A stretch of DNA of 64,000 nucleotides, from contig CALXDO010000027.1 in assembly GCA_944387075.1 (NCBI GenBank), positions 15,064 through 79,063 of the forward strand, written 5' to 3'. The notes beneath the pieces are model-generated. The model did no database searches and was not told the DNA's origin. It saw only the letters and a program-made list of their open reading frames with translations. Source of the stretch: an uncultured Oscillospiraceae bacterium. GTDB taxonomy: Bacteria; Bacillota; Clostridia; Oscillospirales; Oscillospiraceae. The position numbers were made by a program, and so were the translations under genes. Shown in pieces: positions 32,620 through 43,102 of this stretch; the first letter of the stretch is position 1; every line of letters begins with the position of its first letter.

Positions 32620-33456
32620 ATGGATATTCGACTCTTAGCCATGGATCTGGATGGTACATCCCTGCAAGCCGACCACCAGAGCTTCACCCCCCGCCTGCAG
32701 CAGGCCCTGCTGGACGCCCATGCTCAAGGGGTGGTCATCGTCCCCACCACCGGCCGCCAGTATAACTTTCTCCCCCCTGCGGTGCAAACCGGAACCGTAT
32801 GGGAGGATCTGTGTGTGCTGTGCAACGGTGGAGAAATTCGTCGCATTGCCACCGGAGAGCTGCTGCAAGGTCATTATGTTTCCCCTGAGCTTGCCCTGGC
32901 AGTCATTCAACTGGCAGATCGGTACTCCATCCCTGTGGAAATTTCCATTGGTGGTTACCTGTATTTCACCCAAACCAGCTGGGATATGGAGAACACGCTC
33001 CCCTATCCCATACGCTATCGCTTAGACACCATCCTCCCCACCTATGGCATCATGGTGGAGCGCCTGGAGGACACCGTCCAGGCCCCTGGGGTTCAGATTG
33101 AAAAAATCAACCTCCTGTTCCAACCCGATTTTTCTCTGGATGCGTTGTGCGCCGATTTGGATCAGCTTCCCCTCTCCCACTGCCGTTCCGGACAACTGAC
33201 CATAGAGATCACCCATGAGAAAAGCACCAAAGGCAATGGCGTGCTGGAGGTCTGCCGCCGCCTAGGCATTGATCCCGCCCATGCCATGGCCATGGGCGAC
33301 AACGGAAACGACGTTTCTATGCTCCAGGCCACCGGCTTTTCTGTGGCCATGGGCAACGCCGATCCCCACATCCAAGCCGCTGCCAAAGCGGTCACCCTGC
33401 CCTACGACCATGATGGGGCCGCCATCGCCATTGAACGCTACATTCTCCACAAATAA
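32620..33456 (+). CDS. Cof-type HAD-IIB hydrolase
   Basis: MDLDGT, TTGR, KG, GDNGNDVSM, VAMGNA. Confidence 0.92.
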   Translation: MDIRLLAMDLDGTSLQADHQSFTPRLQQALLDAHAQGVVIVPTTGRQYNFLPPAVQTGTVWEDLCVLCNGGEIRRIATGELLQGHYVSPELALAVIQLADRYSIPVEISIGGYLYFTQTSWDMENTLPYPIRYRLDTILPTYGIMVERLEDTVQAPGVQIEKINLLFQPDFSLDALCADLDQLPLSHCRSGQLTIEITHEKSTKGNGVLEVCRRLGIDPAHAMAMGDNGNDVSMLQATGFSVAMGNADPHIQAAAKAVTLPYDHDGAAIAIERYILHK

Positions 33457-33492
33457 GTGCAGCGGGAGCCGGAATACCGGCTCCCGCCATTT

Positions 33493-34263
33493 TTATGTCA
33501 CCGGGCTCTGCCGTCCGGTGTGGTCGATGGTATAGTCCTTTCCATACTCCCCAGGGAGGACCAGCTGGGAGATGGGCAGGAAGGTGTATCCCTTCTGAAG
33601 CAGCGTCTCAATGATGGTGGGCAGCGCCTCTGGGGTATGGAGGGCCGCATTGTGGAACAGGACAATGCTGCCCGGCCCCACCCGGCTGGTGACCCGCTGT
33701 GTGATCTCCGCAGCGGAGATTTCTTTCCAGTCCAGGCTGTCCACATCCCACTGGATGGGTTGAATGCCCATGCTGCGCACGGTGGTAATCACATGGTCGT
33801 CATACTCCCCATAGGGGCAGCGGAACAGGGTGGGAAACTCCCCGGTGATGGCCTGAATTTTCTTCCCACAGGCGGTGAGGTCTGCTTGAATCTCCTGGGC
33901 CGAGAGGCTGTTAAAGTGGGCGTGGTTGTCGGAATGGCTCATGATCTCATGTCCCGCCTCATGGAGGGCCTTCACGGATTCCGGATATTTTTCCACCCAA
34001 TCTCCCACCACAAAAAAGGTGGCCTTCACCTGATACCGGCCTAAAATATCAATGAGCTTCTGGGTGTCCTCGTTGCCCCAGGCCGCATCGAAGGACAGGG
34101 CTACCACTGGATAGTCCGCCTGTACACAATACACTGGAAGCTGACGCGTGGTGGCAGATGCCCCCACCACCTTGGGATCCCCCACCAGGCGCAAGATGGC
34201 CACCGCCACCAACGCCAACCCAATTCCCGCCAAAATACGGCGGTGCACCACCAAAATTCTCAT
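33493..34263 (-). CDS. Polysaccharide deacetylase (PdaB-like)
   Basis: SFDAAWG, ATFFVVG, HSDNH, FRCPYGEY, WDVDSLDWK, LFHN. Confidence 0.9.
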   Translation of the reverse strand: MRILVVHRRILAGIGLALVAVAILRLVGDPKVVGASATTRQLPVYCVQADYPVVALSFDAAWGNEDTQKLIDILGRYQVKATFFVVGDWVEKYPESVKALHEAGHEIMSHSDNHAHFNSLSAQEIQADLTACGKKIQAITGEFPTLFRCPYGEYDDHVITTVRSMGIQPIQWDVDSLDWKEISAAEITQRVTSRVGPGSIVLFHNAALHTPEALPTIIETLLQKGYTFLPISQLVLPGEYGKDYTIDHTGRQSPVT

Positions 34264-34377
34264 GGGCCACTCCCCTTTCCACAGCTGGTTCATCCCAGTG
34301 TATGGCCCCTCCCTCCAAAACAGAACCGCCCTGTGTGCTTCCCATCCGGGAAAGCACACAGGGCAGTGACGTTTATA

Positions 34378-35691
34378 TTACCGTTCCATCTTCCAGAAGT
34401 ATGCGCTATAGGGCGGGAGCTGGCTGCCGCCGCCAAAGTCGTGGAGCTGACCGGAGATCAAATCCACCGCCTGTCCACACCCGGCGTCAAAGTGGGCGGT
34501 GTAGGGCTGGTCGTCGGCGTTTACCGCCACCAGCACCCGTTCCCCCTCACAGGCCCGCTCAAAAATGATCTGACGGTTGGTGAGCACCACATTCCGGTAA
34601 CCGCCATCGCACAAGGCCCGGCTCTCCCGCTTGGCCTTGGCCAGCTGGGCAATCCAGTCGGTGAGGTCGTTCCACTCCGGCTGCTCCAGGGCAGGACGCA
34701 AGGGTGCATCCCCCCAGGATTCCTTTTTCCCCTCGATGCCCCACTCGCTGCCATAGTACACCGCCGGTACTCCAGGCATACCAAACATCAGGGCATAGGC
34801 AGGCTCCAAATGCTGCGGATTGGTCAGCTGGCCGGCAATGCGGGTGACATCGTGGTTGTCCAGGAAGGACAGCAGATGGGCCCCCTTGTACAGGGTCCAG
34901 GGCTCAGGGCCAAACTGCCGGGCCAGGGAGTGGCCGATTTCAAACAGGTTCATGGAGTTAAAGCTGGACCACAGCCCCTTATAGCACTCATAGTTGGTCA
35001 CGGAGTGGCACAGATCGGGGCCCATCCACTGCTTGTAATCCCCGTGGAGGGTCTCCCCCATGAGGACAAAGTCGGGCTTGAGGGTGTCGGTAAACCCACG
35101 CAGCTGGCGCAGATAGTTCTGGGACAGGCAGTAGGCCACATCCAGGCGCAGTCCATCAATGTCAAACTGCTCCACCCAGGCGCGAATGGCAGCAAACTGG
35201 TGCTCCACCACTGCCGGGTTGTCCAGGTTTAGCTTCACCAACTCTGGGTGCCCCTCCCAGTCGGCATACCAGAAGCCGTCATTGCGGGGGGAGTTGCCAT
35301 TGAAGTCGATGTGGAACCAGTCCTTATAGGGGCTGTCCCATTTCTTCTCCTGCACGTCCCGGAACGCCCAGAAGCCCCGGCCCACATGGTTGAACACCCC
35401 ATCCAGCATCACCCGGATGCCCGCTTTGTGAAACGCCTGGCACACCTGGGCCAAATCCTCATTGGTGCCCAGACGGCAATCCACGGTAAAATAGTCCCGG
35501 GTATCGTAGCCATGGCGGTCACTGTCAAACACGGGGTTGAGCAGAACCGTGTCTGCCCCCATCTTTTTGATGTGCTCCACCCAGTCCAGCAGCCGCAAAA
35601 TCCGGCTGGATGCCACGCCGTCGTTGTCCTCCGGTGCCCCGCATAGACCCAGAGGGTAAATCTGATAGATCACTGCCTGGTCAAACCACAT
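34378..35691 (-). CDS. GH13 alpha-amylase family glycoside hydrolase
   Basis: YQIYP, HGYDT, DGVFNH, DGLRLDVA, FLDNHD. Confidence 0.92.
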   Translation of the reverse strand: MWFDQAVIYQIYPLGLCGAPEDNDGVASSRILRLLDWVEHIKKMGADTVLLNPVFDSDRHGYDTRDYFTVDCRLGTNEDLAQVCQAFHKAGIRVMLDGVFNHVGRGFWAFRDVQEKKWDSPYKDWFHIDFNGNSPRNDGFWYADWEGHPELVKLNLDNPAVVEHQFAAIRAWVEQFDIDGLRLDVAYCLSQNYLRQLRGFTDTLKPDFVLMGETLHGDYKQWMGPDLCHSVTNYECYKGLWSSFNSMNLFEIGHSLARQFGPEPWTLYKGAHLLSFLDNHDVTRIAGQLTNPQHLEPAYALMFGMPGVPAVYYGSEWGIEGKKESWGDAPLRPALEQPEWNDLTDWIAQLAKAKRESRALCDGGYRNVVLTNRQIIFERACEGERVLVAVNADDQPYTAHFDAGCGQAVDLISGQLHDFGGGSQLPPYSAYFWKMER

Positions 35692-35787
35692 ATGGTCCGC
35701 CTCCGTATTCTCTGCCCCAATGGCAGGTATTCTTCTGGTATTATACCCCGCTCACCCCTCCAGGTCAATCCGCCCACAGGGAATCTG

Positions 35788-37299
35788 TTATCGGCTCAAC
35801 TGGATGCTCTGGGTGGGCTTTTTGGCGGTAGGTGTATAGATGGGCTTCCCGTTCTTGTCCGTCCCCGTCAGGCGCACCAGCCCTGCTGCCGCCAGACGCT
35901 GGGCGTCTGCCAAGGACACCTCACCATACCGGGGCACCGACACCAATTGGGAGGTGGAGCTGGACACCGTCTTGTTTCCCGTGCTGGTGGATGTTGTGGC
36001 GCTGGTTTTGCTGCTGCTGCTCCGGGCAGCACTGGCTGCCTTTTGCCGGTAGTACTGGAGCATGGCGTTGACGTACTCCTGGGAGTACCCAGAGGCAGCA
36101 ATGAGCGCAGACGAAGGCATAACCCCTGCCTGCAAAATGCCGTCCACCTGAGCCTGGGCCATCTTCTGGTTCTGCTGCTGGAGGGCCTGCTGCTGTTCCT
36201 GGGCATACTGCTTTTGCTCCTGCTCATACCGCTGCTGGTCTCGCTCCCATTCCCGCTCATACTGCTCCTGGGCAATCTGGTCCAGATACTTCTGGTACTC
36301 GTCGGCGTTGACGTCCTGGAGGTTGCCCAGATAGCTCTGCAGCTTGTTGTAGTTGTCCAGATACTGCTGATAGGCAAAGTCCTTGTCTCCGTTGTACTGG
36401 CCCAGCCTGTCCAGGTACTCCTGATAGTCCATCTGCTCCTGGCCGTTGATGGCATCCAGGTAGCTGAGCAGCTTGTTGTAGTCGTCCATGTACTGCTGAT
36501 AGGCAAAATTTTTGTCCGTGTTGTACTGGCCCAGCTTGTCCAGATACTCCTGATAGCCCAACTGCTGCTGGGTGTTCACCAGCCCCAGGTCGTTGGCCAT
36601 CATCTCGTACTCGCTCAGATACCGCTGATAGGCCTGGTTGTACAGCTCGGGAATTTTGTCGCTGAGCTGGGCGGCGTAGTAGTTGCCCGCCTGAGCCGCC
36701 GCCGTGGCGGCGTAGCTGGAGGTCTGGCCCCCGGACGCCGCGGCGGCCTGGGCCAAAGCATTGGCAGTTGCCCGCTCCCCCTCCCGCAAATACTGCTTCT
36801 GGTACTCCCCAAACACCGGGTCGGTGTCCTTGCTCCAGGTAAAATCCTCCCGGTTGAGGATTTTATCCAACAGCTGCTGCTGCAGCTGTTCATAGGGATT
36901 CTGGTAGGTGGGGGCCTGCTGGTCATAGGTAAAATCGGGATAGCTGCCAATCTGCCCCAAAACCTCGTCCTGTTCCTGTTCGTACTTGTTTTCGTAGGTG
37001 GGCGCCTCCTCATCGTAGGAGAAGTCCGGGAAACTTCCGATCTGACCAAGTATATCCTCAATTTCCTGGTCCTTGCTGCCCACAAAGCCGTTGTAGCTGG
37101 CCTTGAGCTGGGCGGCGGCCTCGTTGGCCAATGCCCGCTGGGCACTGGTGGCGGCGGTATTTGCGTCTTGTTTCAGACTTGTGGTTGCAATCCCATACTC
37201 TGGGTATGGCTTCGCCAGTCTCAGCTCGTCCAGGTCAAAGTCCTTCAACGTGTTGCTGATCCCGGCCCTTCTGAGAAAGTCGGTATAGGTATATGCCAT
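35788..37299 (-). CDS. Putative internal virion/ejection protein with Q/Y-rich repeats
   Basis: Helical Q/Y/A-rich sequence, GGQTSSYAATAAAQAG, last gene of the structural module. Confidence 0.5.
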   Translation of the reverse strand: MAYTYTDFLRRAGISNTLKDFDLDELRLAKPYPEYGIATTSLKQDANTAATSAQRALANEAAAQLKASYNGFVGSKDQEIEDILGQIGSFPDFSYDEEAPTYENKYEQEQDEVLGQIGSYPDFTYDQQAPTYQNPYEQLQQQLLDKILNREDFTWSKDTDPVFGEYQKQYLREGERATANALAQAAAASGGQTSSYAATAAAQAGNYYAAQLSDKIPELYNQAYQRYLSEYEMMANDLGLVNTQQQLGYQEYLDKLGQYNTDKNFAYQQYMDDYNKLLSYLDAINGQEQMDYQEYLDRLGQYNGDKDFAYQQYLDNYNKLQSYLGNLQDVNADEYQKYLDQIAQEQYEREWERDQQRYEQEQKQYAQEQQQALQQQNQKMAQAQVDGILQAGVMPSSALIAASGYSQEYVNAMLQYYRQKAASAARSSSSKTSATTSTSTGNKTVSSSTSQLVSVPRYGEVSLADAQRLAAAGLVRLTGTDKNGKPIYTPTAKKPTQSIQLSR

Positions 37300-37313
37300 G
37301 GTTTCTCCCTCCT

Positions 37314-38942
37314 TTATTTGCGGCCCGGTGTGGCGTTGTACGCCGAACCGCCGTATCGTTCCCGGGTGATGCTGTAAATTTTACATCCCCCCGTGCCGGT
37401 GAACTTGAGCCGGTAGTGGTCTCCCCGGCGGATGACCATGGGCAGCTGGAAACTGCGCTTGGGGGTGGGGCCTATGGGCTGGCCCATGGGCAGCCACACC
37501 CCGTCGCTGTCCACCTGCACCCAGGCCTGCACCTGTCCCCCCTCCTCCACCTCCAGGCGAACCTGGAGACGGGCAATGCCTTTTTTGTCCGGGCTGCCAT
37601 CGGTGAAGTCGGCAAACTCCGCCACCCACGCCACCTGTTTTTCCCGCTCTGCCTCCTCCGGTGGGTTCTCCACATCCCCCACCAGCCAGATTTCTCCCAA
37701 GTGGTTGAGCAGATGCAGGTTCCCGCCGCTGAAGGCAAACTGGGTGGCCTGAGTCTCGTCCTCCCGGTGCCACAGCTTGGTCTGGGTGTCATAGACCAGC
37801 AGGCTCCACGTCCCATCCCCCACCTGGGCCGAGAGGTAGTAACGCAGCCCATCCGCCCCGGCAGCGGCCCGGTGCAGCCGCTGAGGTCCCAGCGGGGTGC
37901 TGACGCACTGGGGAATACCGCCGGAATAGGCCATCACCCCCACCCGGGAGACGTAGAACAGCACCTCTCCCGCCACTGCCAAACTGTTCTCACATCCTTC
38001 CATCACCCCCAGGGTGGAGGTGCCCATAATCTGAAAGTTGGAGGGCATGGTGCCGTAGACCTTGTAGATGTGGTCCTCCTTGAAGAAGATGGGGTAGCCC
38101 AGGTAGGACACACAGCCGGTGAAGGCTCCGGCGGAGCCGCTGTCCACGGCGTAGGAGTCGGTGGCCAGCCCGTCAAAGACGTTCCAGTTAAATGGGTCTC
38201 CCAGCTTGCTGGCGTAGATGGTATTTCCCTTGCATCCCCATACCCGGTTCTCGTTTTCACACACAAAATCCAGGTCGGGCAGCGTGCGAGTGATGCACAC
38301 CTCCCCCTCCTCGGTGTAGGCCTCGTCCCCTTTCTCTCCATTGAGGGCAAAGGAGTATTCATAGAAGGCCAGCTTGTCCCCCTGAATGTCCCGGATGATG
38401 AGGCTTTTGTTGTTTTCCGGGTGGGTGGTGCACCCGGAGATGGTGACCGCATCCCCTTTGCGGAAGTAGTCCTCCCAGGCCACCCCAGCAGCCTGGATGG
38501 TGTTGGCCTTGGCCTCCTGTTCGTAGATGGTACCGTTTTGGAAGGAAACGCCGACTCCTGTCCACCTGGCTTCCAGGGAGCCGAATTCCCCGGTCTGGGT
38601 GTTGTAATAGGCCTTGTCCGGCCAGATCAGCAAATAGGGGCCCAGGGCCGCAAAGCTCTTTTCTCCCTGGGACACCGTCCCCTTCTTCTCCCCGTCATAC
38701 CAGAATCCCTCCTGCTCCACCCAGCACAACGCTCCCCGGGCAAACATCCCCCCCGGCTGGGCCAGGGTGCGCAGCTTCCACCGGGGCGGGCGGCTGGCCA
38801 GCAGCGGCGCATAGGCCCCGGTTAGGTTCTCCATGTGGTACAGCTCCCCATCTCCCGCCCCAAATGTGTGGTTCAGTCCGCCAAATGCGGTTTGCGTGGC
38901 CGCAGCCATGCCGTTGGAATACACCATAGATGGTAATTTCAT
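37314..38942 (-). CDS. Putative tail hub/nozzle protein (P22 gp10 or T7 gp12-like beta-propeller)
   Basis: FGGLN start, MENL, NRVWG...IYASKLGDPFNW, FFKED; position in module. Confidence 0.6.
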   Translation of the reverse strand: MKLPSMVYSNGMAAATQTAFGGLNHTFGAGDGELYHMENLTGAYAPLLASRPPRWKLRTLAQPGGMFARGALCWVEQEGFWYDGEKKGTVSQGEKSFAALGPYLLIWPDKAYYNTQTGEFGSLEARWTGVGVSFQNGTIYEQEAKANTIQAAGVAWEDYFRKGDAVTISGCTTHPENNKSLIIRDIQGDKLAFYEYSFALNGEKGDEAYTEEGEVCITRTLPDLDFVCENENRVWGCKGNTIYASKLGDPFNWNVFDGLATDSYAVDSGSAGAFTGCVSYLGYPIFFKEDHIYKVYGTMPSNFQIMGTSTLGVMEGCENSLAVAGEVLFYVSRVGVMAYSGGIPQCVSTPLGPQRLHRAAAGADGLRYYLSAQVGDGTWSLLVYDTQTKLWHREDETQATQFAFSGGNLHLLNHLGEIWLVGDVENPPEEAEREKQVAWVAEFADFTDGSPDKKGIARLQVRLEVEEGGQVQAWVQVDSDGVWLPMGQPIGPTPKRSFQLPMVIRRGDHYRLKFTGTGGCKIYSITRERYGGSAYNATPGRK

Positions 38943-38953
38943 TGTCTCCCCCC

Positions 38954-40714
38954 TCAATACACCTTCATGATGGTGATTTTGGTGCGTGCATTTGCATTGA
39001 CAAGCACGCCGTTGGTGGCTGCGCTCATTCTGGCCGTCATGGAGACCAGTTCTCCCTTTTGCAGCTGCACAAGGGTAGGTACCGATGGAATGACGCCATA
39101 ACCAATTGAAAAACCGATGTAGGCATCCAGGATAACACCGTGAGAACTACCATCAATTTGCAGGCCCAAATAGTAACCCGTGGCCCCATCCGCCACCATG
39201 ATCTGCCCCGACACCATATAGATGCCGTCCTCCGGAATTTTGATGCTGCCGTTGGACAGCCCCATTCCTCCAAAACTGGAGTCCAAAACCGTCATGGGTG
39301 TTTTCACGTTGGATTTGATGGTTCCCAGGTTACTCCCCATGTGGGCCGTGCACCCACAGCCCAGCACAGTGCGTCCAAGGATGGTCACCGGCACATTAAA
39401 GTTAAAATCATCCTTCCCCCAATCAAAGACGGGAGTACTGCGGACGGTTTTCTCTTCCGTGGTGACGGTGGCCAGCTTGTCCGCTGCCTGGGCCTGGAAC
39501 TGATAGGTTTTGGTGTAGTCCAGCCCAGTCAGATTCACGGTAGCGGTGTAGGTGTTGCCGGATTTGCTCACCGTCATATCCTGATAGTCGTTATATGCGC
39601 CGCCAGCCACCCGATACCGGTATTTCACGCTTAAGGTGTTGGTGACGGCTCCAAAGCTGGCGTTGAAGAAATTACCAGACACCGTAAAGGTAAATTTCCC
39701 GGTCCCGTCCGGTACCCCGCCGCCCATGTTGCAGGTCAATTTGATGTAGTTGACCAGAGTCTTGGTCACGCTCTTGGTGGTGGTGTTCCCCCGGGAATCG
39801 GTGACGGAAAAGGCAAAGGTTCCGCTCTCCACATCCTGCATGGTCCCATCTGCGGTGAGGGACTTACTGCCGCACGTCACCTTCTTGCTCTTTAAAGTTG
39901 CGCTTTTCACCGCAGCCGCCCCAAAGGCGATTTTGGCGTCGGAGTAGTATTTCACCAGTTTAGCATTGCTGCCGGTGAGGGCTACAGTGGCGGTGTTGCC
40001 GTCCACCACCGTGGGATTCAATGTGGGGGACGGATCTGCGATGGTCAGGGTCCGCTCCACCGATTTGATGAAGGTCTGGCCTCCCACCGTGGATTTCAGA
40101 TAAAACCGCACGGTGGCGGTGTTGCTGGTGGTGCTGACCTTTTGCAGGTTTGCTCTCTCGGTGCTGGTGAGGTTGAAGGTGTAGGCGCTCCCCGTGGCGG
40201 TGCGGTATGCTGCCAGAGCGGTGGCACCATCGGTTTTGTAGATGCCCACTTGAAGGCTGGCCCCTGCCGGGTTGGAGTACTCCACCTTGGGGTTGTCCGT
40301 GTCCTTGAAGTTGGGCGCGCTGACGATGGACGCCCCACGGGGAATCTGGTTCAGAGTAAAGGTCTGCTCCGCCGTGCAATTCACTGACGTGGTATAGATG
40401 GCTCCCTCGATGCGGATGGTAATGCTCTTGGCCCCATCGCTGTTGTGGGTGATGGTGCGGGTGCCAGAGGCCACCACAGTACCGCTTCGTAGTTGAATAC
40501 GGTTTGAGGAGTAATGAACCTGGGTGCCATCGATGACCACTTTGGTGGGTCCGGTCAAATACCACGGGTTATAGTTGGCTGTGCTGCCCGACCCCGACAG
40601 CGTCCAGGTGATGGTGGTGCTGTTCCCGGATATGCTTTGGGTTCCGCTCCAAGTCAACGTCAGAGAGCGCACCCCGCCATAGGCGTTGGTGGTTAAGCTT
40701 CCCGATAATGCCAT
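38954..40714 (-). CDS. Phage minor structural/tail fibre protein (DUF859-like)
   Basis: Thr-rich beta repeats, QSISGNSTTITW, IPRGAS, PVFDW; C-terminal beta-sandwich. Confidence 0.65.
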   Translation of the reverse strand: MALSGSLTTNAYGGVRSLTLTWSGTQSISGNSTTITWTLSGSGSTANYNPWYLTGPTKVVIDGTQVHYSSNRIQLRSGTVVASGTRTITHNSDGAKSITIRIEGAIYTTSVNCTAEQTFTLNQIPRGASIVSAPNFKDTDNPKVEYSNPAGASLQVGIYKTDGATALAAYRTATGSAYTFNLTSTERANLQKVSTTSNTATVRFYLKSTVGGQTFIKSVERTLTIADPSPTLNPTVVDGNTATVALTGSNAKLVKYYSDAKIAFGAAAVKSATLKSKKVTCGSKSLTADGTMQDVESGTFAFSVTDSRGNTTTKSVTKTLVNYIKLTCNMGGGVPDGTGKFTFTVSGNFFNASFGAVTNTLSVKYRYRVAGGAYNDYQDMTVSKSGNTYTATVNLTGLDYTKTYQFQAQAADKLATVTTEEKTVRSTPVFDWGKDDFNFNVPVTILGRTVLGCGCTAHMGSNLGTIKSNVKTPMTVLDSSFGGMGLSNGSIKIPEDGIYMVSGQIMVADGATGYYLGLQIDGSSHGVILDAYIGFSIGYGVIPSVPTLVQLQKGELVSMTARMSAATNGVLVNANARTKITIMKVY

Positions 40715-40717
40715 GTG

Positions 40718-43009
40718 TTAGCCTCCAATCCAGAAGCAGGCCACCCGGTTGGTCCCATATGCTTCCAGTCTAGTCTTTCCTCCAATGATAAGATAGGTGT
40801 TGGCGTGGAGGTTTGTGGCCTGCACTCCCTGGGAATCGGCCACCAGCACCTGGTCGTTGTTGCGGCGGACGGTCATGCCGTCCTCGGTGATCTGTGTGGT
40901 CATCTCCGAGCCGGTCTTGCTCACCGTGAGCCCCTCCTCGTCGAAGGTAAAGCCTGTGGCGGTTTTGACCGTCTCCACGCCGTCGGCCAGCTTCTGCTCA
41001 ATGGCGATGTCCACTTGTTCCGGGGTGAGGGAGAGATTGACCCGCTGGGTCAGTTCGCTCATGGACTGCTCCACACCGTCCAGGGTGGTCTTGGTCTCCG
41101 TCTGCACCCGCTGCACCGTGGCAGAGATGGTATTGGTGTTCACCTCCAGGTCTGCAATCCGGGACTCTTGGGAGGTGATGATCTGGCCCTGGTTGGCTGT
41201 GGTGTCCTGTAGGTCGTTGATGTCCGATTGGGTATCCTCTGGGGCCGGAGTCCAGTCGGTGGGAGTGTTGCCAAGTTCAATCTTGAATCTCGAGCACACA
41301 ATATCTATATCTTCTGCGCCTGTTGAAAGCACAAATTGAAGATACGATGATCCGTTTCCAATCCCAACGATAATGACTCTTTTTGAAAAACCGGGATCAA
41401 GTACCATATTCCCGCCAACGCCATTAGTTGCGATGGTTACGGGTTCCTCTGAATTGTTTTTTATAAACGCTGAAAAAGTGTACTGCTGTCCTTTTACAGA
41501 TACCTTATCGTTTCCACACACAGCCTTGATTCTGCTTTCCCCTCCAGAAATCAAATATCGTATTCCGGTTATTCCTCCCCATTCTTCAACCGCAACTGAG
41601 GAATCTAAAACCGAAACAACAGCTCCATTATACGGCCTTAGAATAGGGCATTCAGATTCAAGCAGCAGGTTCCTCCCACCCACCTCAATCCCATCCACCT
41701 TTTGGTTGACCTCGGTGATCTGGGTGGTGTGCTGCTCCACGGTGGCGGAGATGGAATCCGCCTTCACATCCAGTTCTGACAGCTTTTGGGTGATCTCCTT
41801 CCTGGTCTGGGTAAAAGTTCCGTCCACAAACTCATGGAGGGCATCGTCGTTGGTGTAGTCGGAGGCCTTGCCCCAGTCTGAGGCCACATAGGCCCCGCTG
41901 GCCCGGGCTGTGTTGCACCGCATCAAATCCCCACTGGAGCCCTGAGCCCACAGGTCTCCCACGTCGTAGGGGGGCGTGGGCTGGGAGACAAACACCCTGC
42001 GTTTCCCGTCGGCGGTGTCCTGGGCCTTGGCGGCATCGGCCAAAGCCTTGGCCACCTCCACATCCTCAATGAGCACCCATTGATAAGTGCCGGACACGTT
42101 GGCCCAGCGATAGGCCTGTCCGCCAATGGTGTCGTTCTCTACGATGTAGAAAATGTCTCCCAAGTGGTTGATTTTGTCCTCCTGGGTGACCCAGGTGCTG
42201 GCAGGGGCATTGTCCGCAGTGGGAATGTAGTCATAAAACCAGGTCTGAATCTGCCCGTCAATCTGGGCTTGCAGCCCTTCCAGGCTGCCGGTGACGGTGT
42301 CGGTAAACCCGGCCAGGTTCTCGGTCAGCTGCTCCAGCCGCTCCCCCTGGCCCGTCACCGTCCCGGTGATCTGGGTGATGGTCTGGGTCTGTTCTGACAC
42401 TGTGGCAGTGAGGCCATCGGCGGTGAGGGCCAGGTCCGCCAGTTTCTCCGTCTGCGCCTGGATGGTACCCTCCAGAGTTCCAATGTCCTCCCCCTGGGTG
42501 GTGAGGGTTCCTTCAAACTCAGTGAGTTTGGTTTCCTGCTCTTCCACCGAGGCGGTCAGCCCCTGGGCGGTGAGCTCCAGTTGCGATAGCTGCTGCTTTT
42601 GGGAGGTGACGGTTCCCTGGATGTCGGTGATCATCCCGCCCTGCTCCCCCAGGGCCTGCTGCACCTCCTGGATCACCTGAATTTGGCCTTGCGCGCTGTC
42701 CTCCAGCTGCTGGATGCTCTCCTGCTGTCCCTGCACCATGGCTTTCAGGCCGTTGGCGGTGACGCTCAGCTGGGTGATCCGCTCCCCTTCCCCCTCAATT
42801 TGGGCATAGATGGGACGGGTCAAGGCGTTTTCCCACTGGGTCAGCGCGTTTTGGTTGACGTTGGTGGTGTCCAAGTTTTGGGTGGTGTAGCGCATTTGCT
42901 CCACCAACAGGTACAGATAGTTTTGCAGCTGGGCCAGCTTTTCCTCGGTGGTCTCGTCCCCGTTGAAGTTGGGAAATTGACTGTCCACATACAGCCAGTT
43001 GGATGGCAT
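40718..43009 (-). CDS. Phage tail fibre/host-specificity protein
   Basis: Coiled-coil repeats, AQDTADGKRRVFVSQPTPPYDVGDLW, GGRNLL...ELGNTPTDWTPAPED module, C-terminal CFWIGG. Confidence 0.75.
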   Translation of the reverse strand: MPSNWLYVDSQFPNFNGDETTEEKLAQLQNYLYLLVEQMRYTTQNLDTTNVNQNALTQWENALTRPIYAQIEGEGERITQLSVTANGLKAMVQGQQESIQQLEDSAQGQIQVIQEVQQALGEQGGMITDIQGTVTSQKQQLSQLELTAQGLTASVEEQETKLTEFEGTLTTQGEDIGTLEGTIQAQTEKLADLALTADGLTATVSEQTQTITQITGTVTGQGERLEQLTENLAGFTDTVTGSLEGLQAQIDGQIQTWFYDYIPTADNAPASTWVTQEDKINHLGDIFYIVENDTIGGQAYRWANVSGTYQWVLIEDVEVAKALADAAKAQDTADGKRRVFVSQPTPPYDVGDLWAQGSSGDLMRCNTARASGAYVASDWGKASDYTNDDALHEFVDGTFTQTRKEITQKLSELDVKADSISATVEQHTTQITEVNQKVDGIEVGGRNLLLESECPILRPYNGAVVSVLDSSVAVEEWGGITGIRYLISGGESRIKAVCGNDKVSVKGQQYTFSAFIKNNSEEPVTIATNGVGGNMVLDPGFSKRVIIVGIGNGSSYLQFVLSTGAEDIDIVCSRFKIELGNTPTDWTPAPEDTQSDINDLQDTTANQGQIITSQESRIADLEVNTNTISATVQRVQTETKTTLDGVEQSMSELTQRVNLSLTPEQVDIAIEQKLADGVETVKTATGFTFDEEGLTVSKTGSEMTTQITEDGMTVRRNNDQVLVADSQGVQATNLHANTYLIIGGKTRLEAYGTNRVACFWIGG

Positions 43010-43102
43010 GTGGTACGCTCCTCCTTTCTCAAGCAGGGCACCACCGCTTGGCGGTGATGCCCTGTTGTGTGCAGAATCTCTTGCAGGGGCCAGCCTGCTC
43101 CG

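Noticed and set aside
38954-43009. Diversity-generating retroelement or invertible shufflon acting on the fibre genes
   Set aside because: No reverse transcriptase, template repeat or invertase seen in the window
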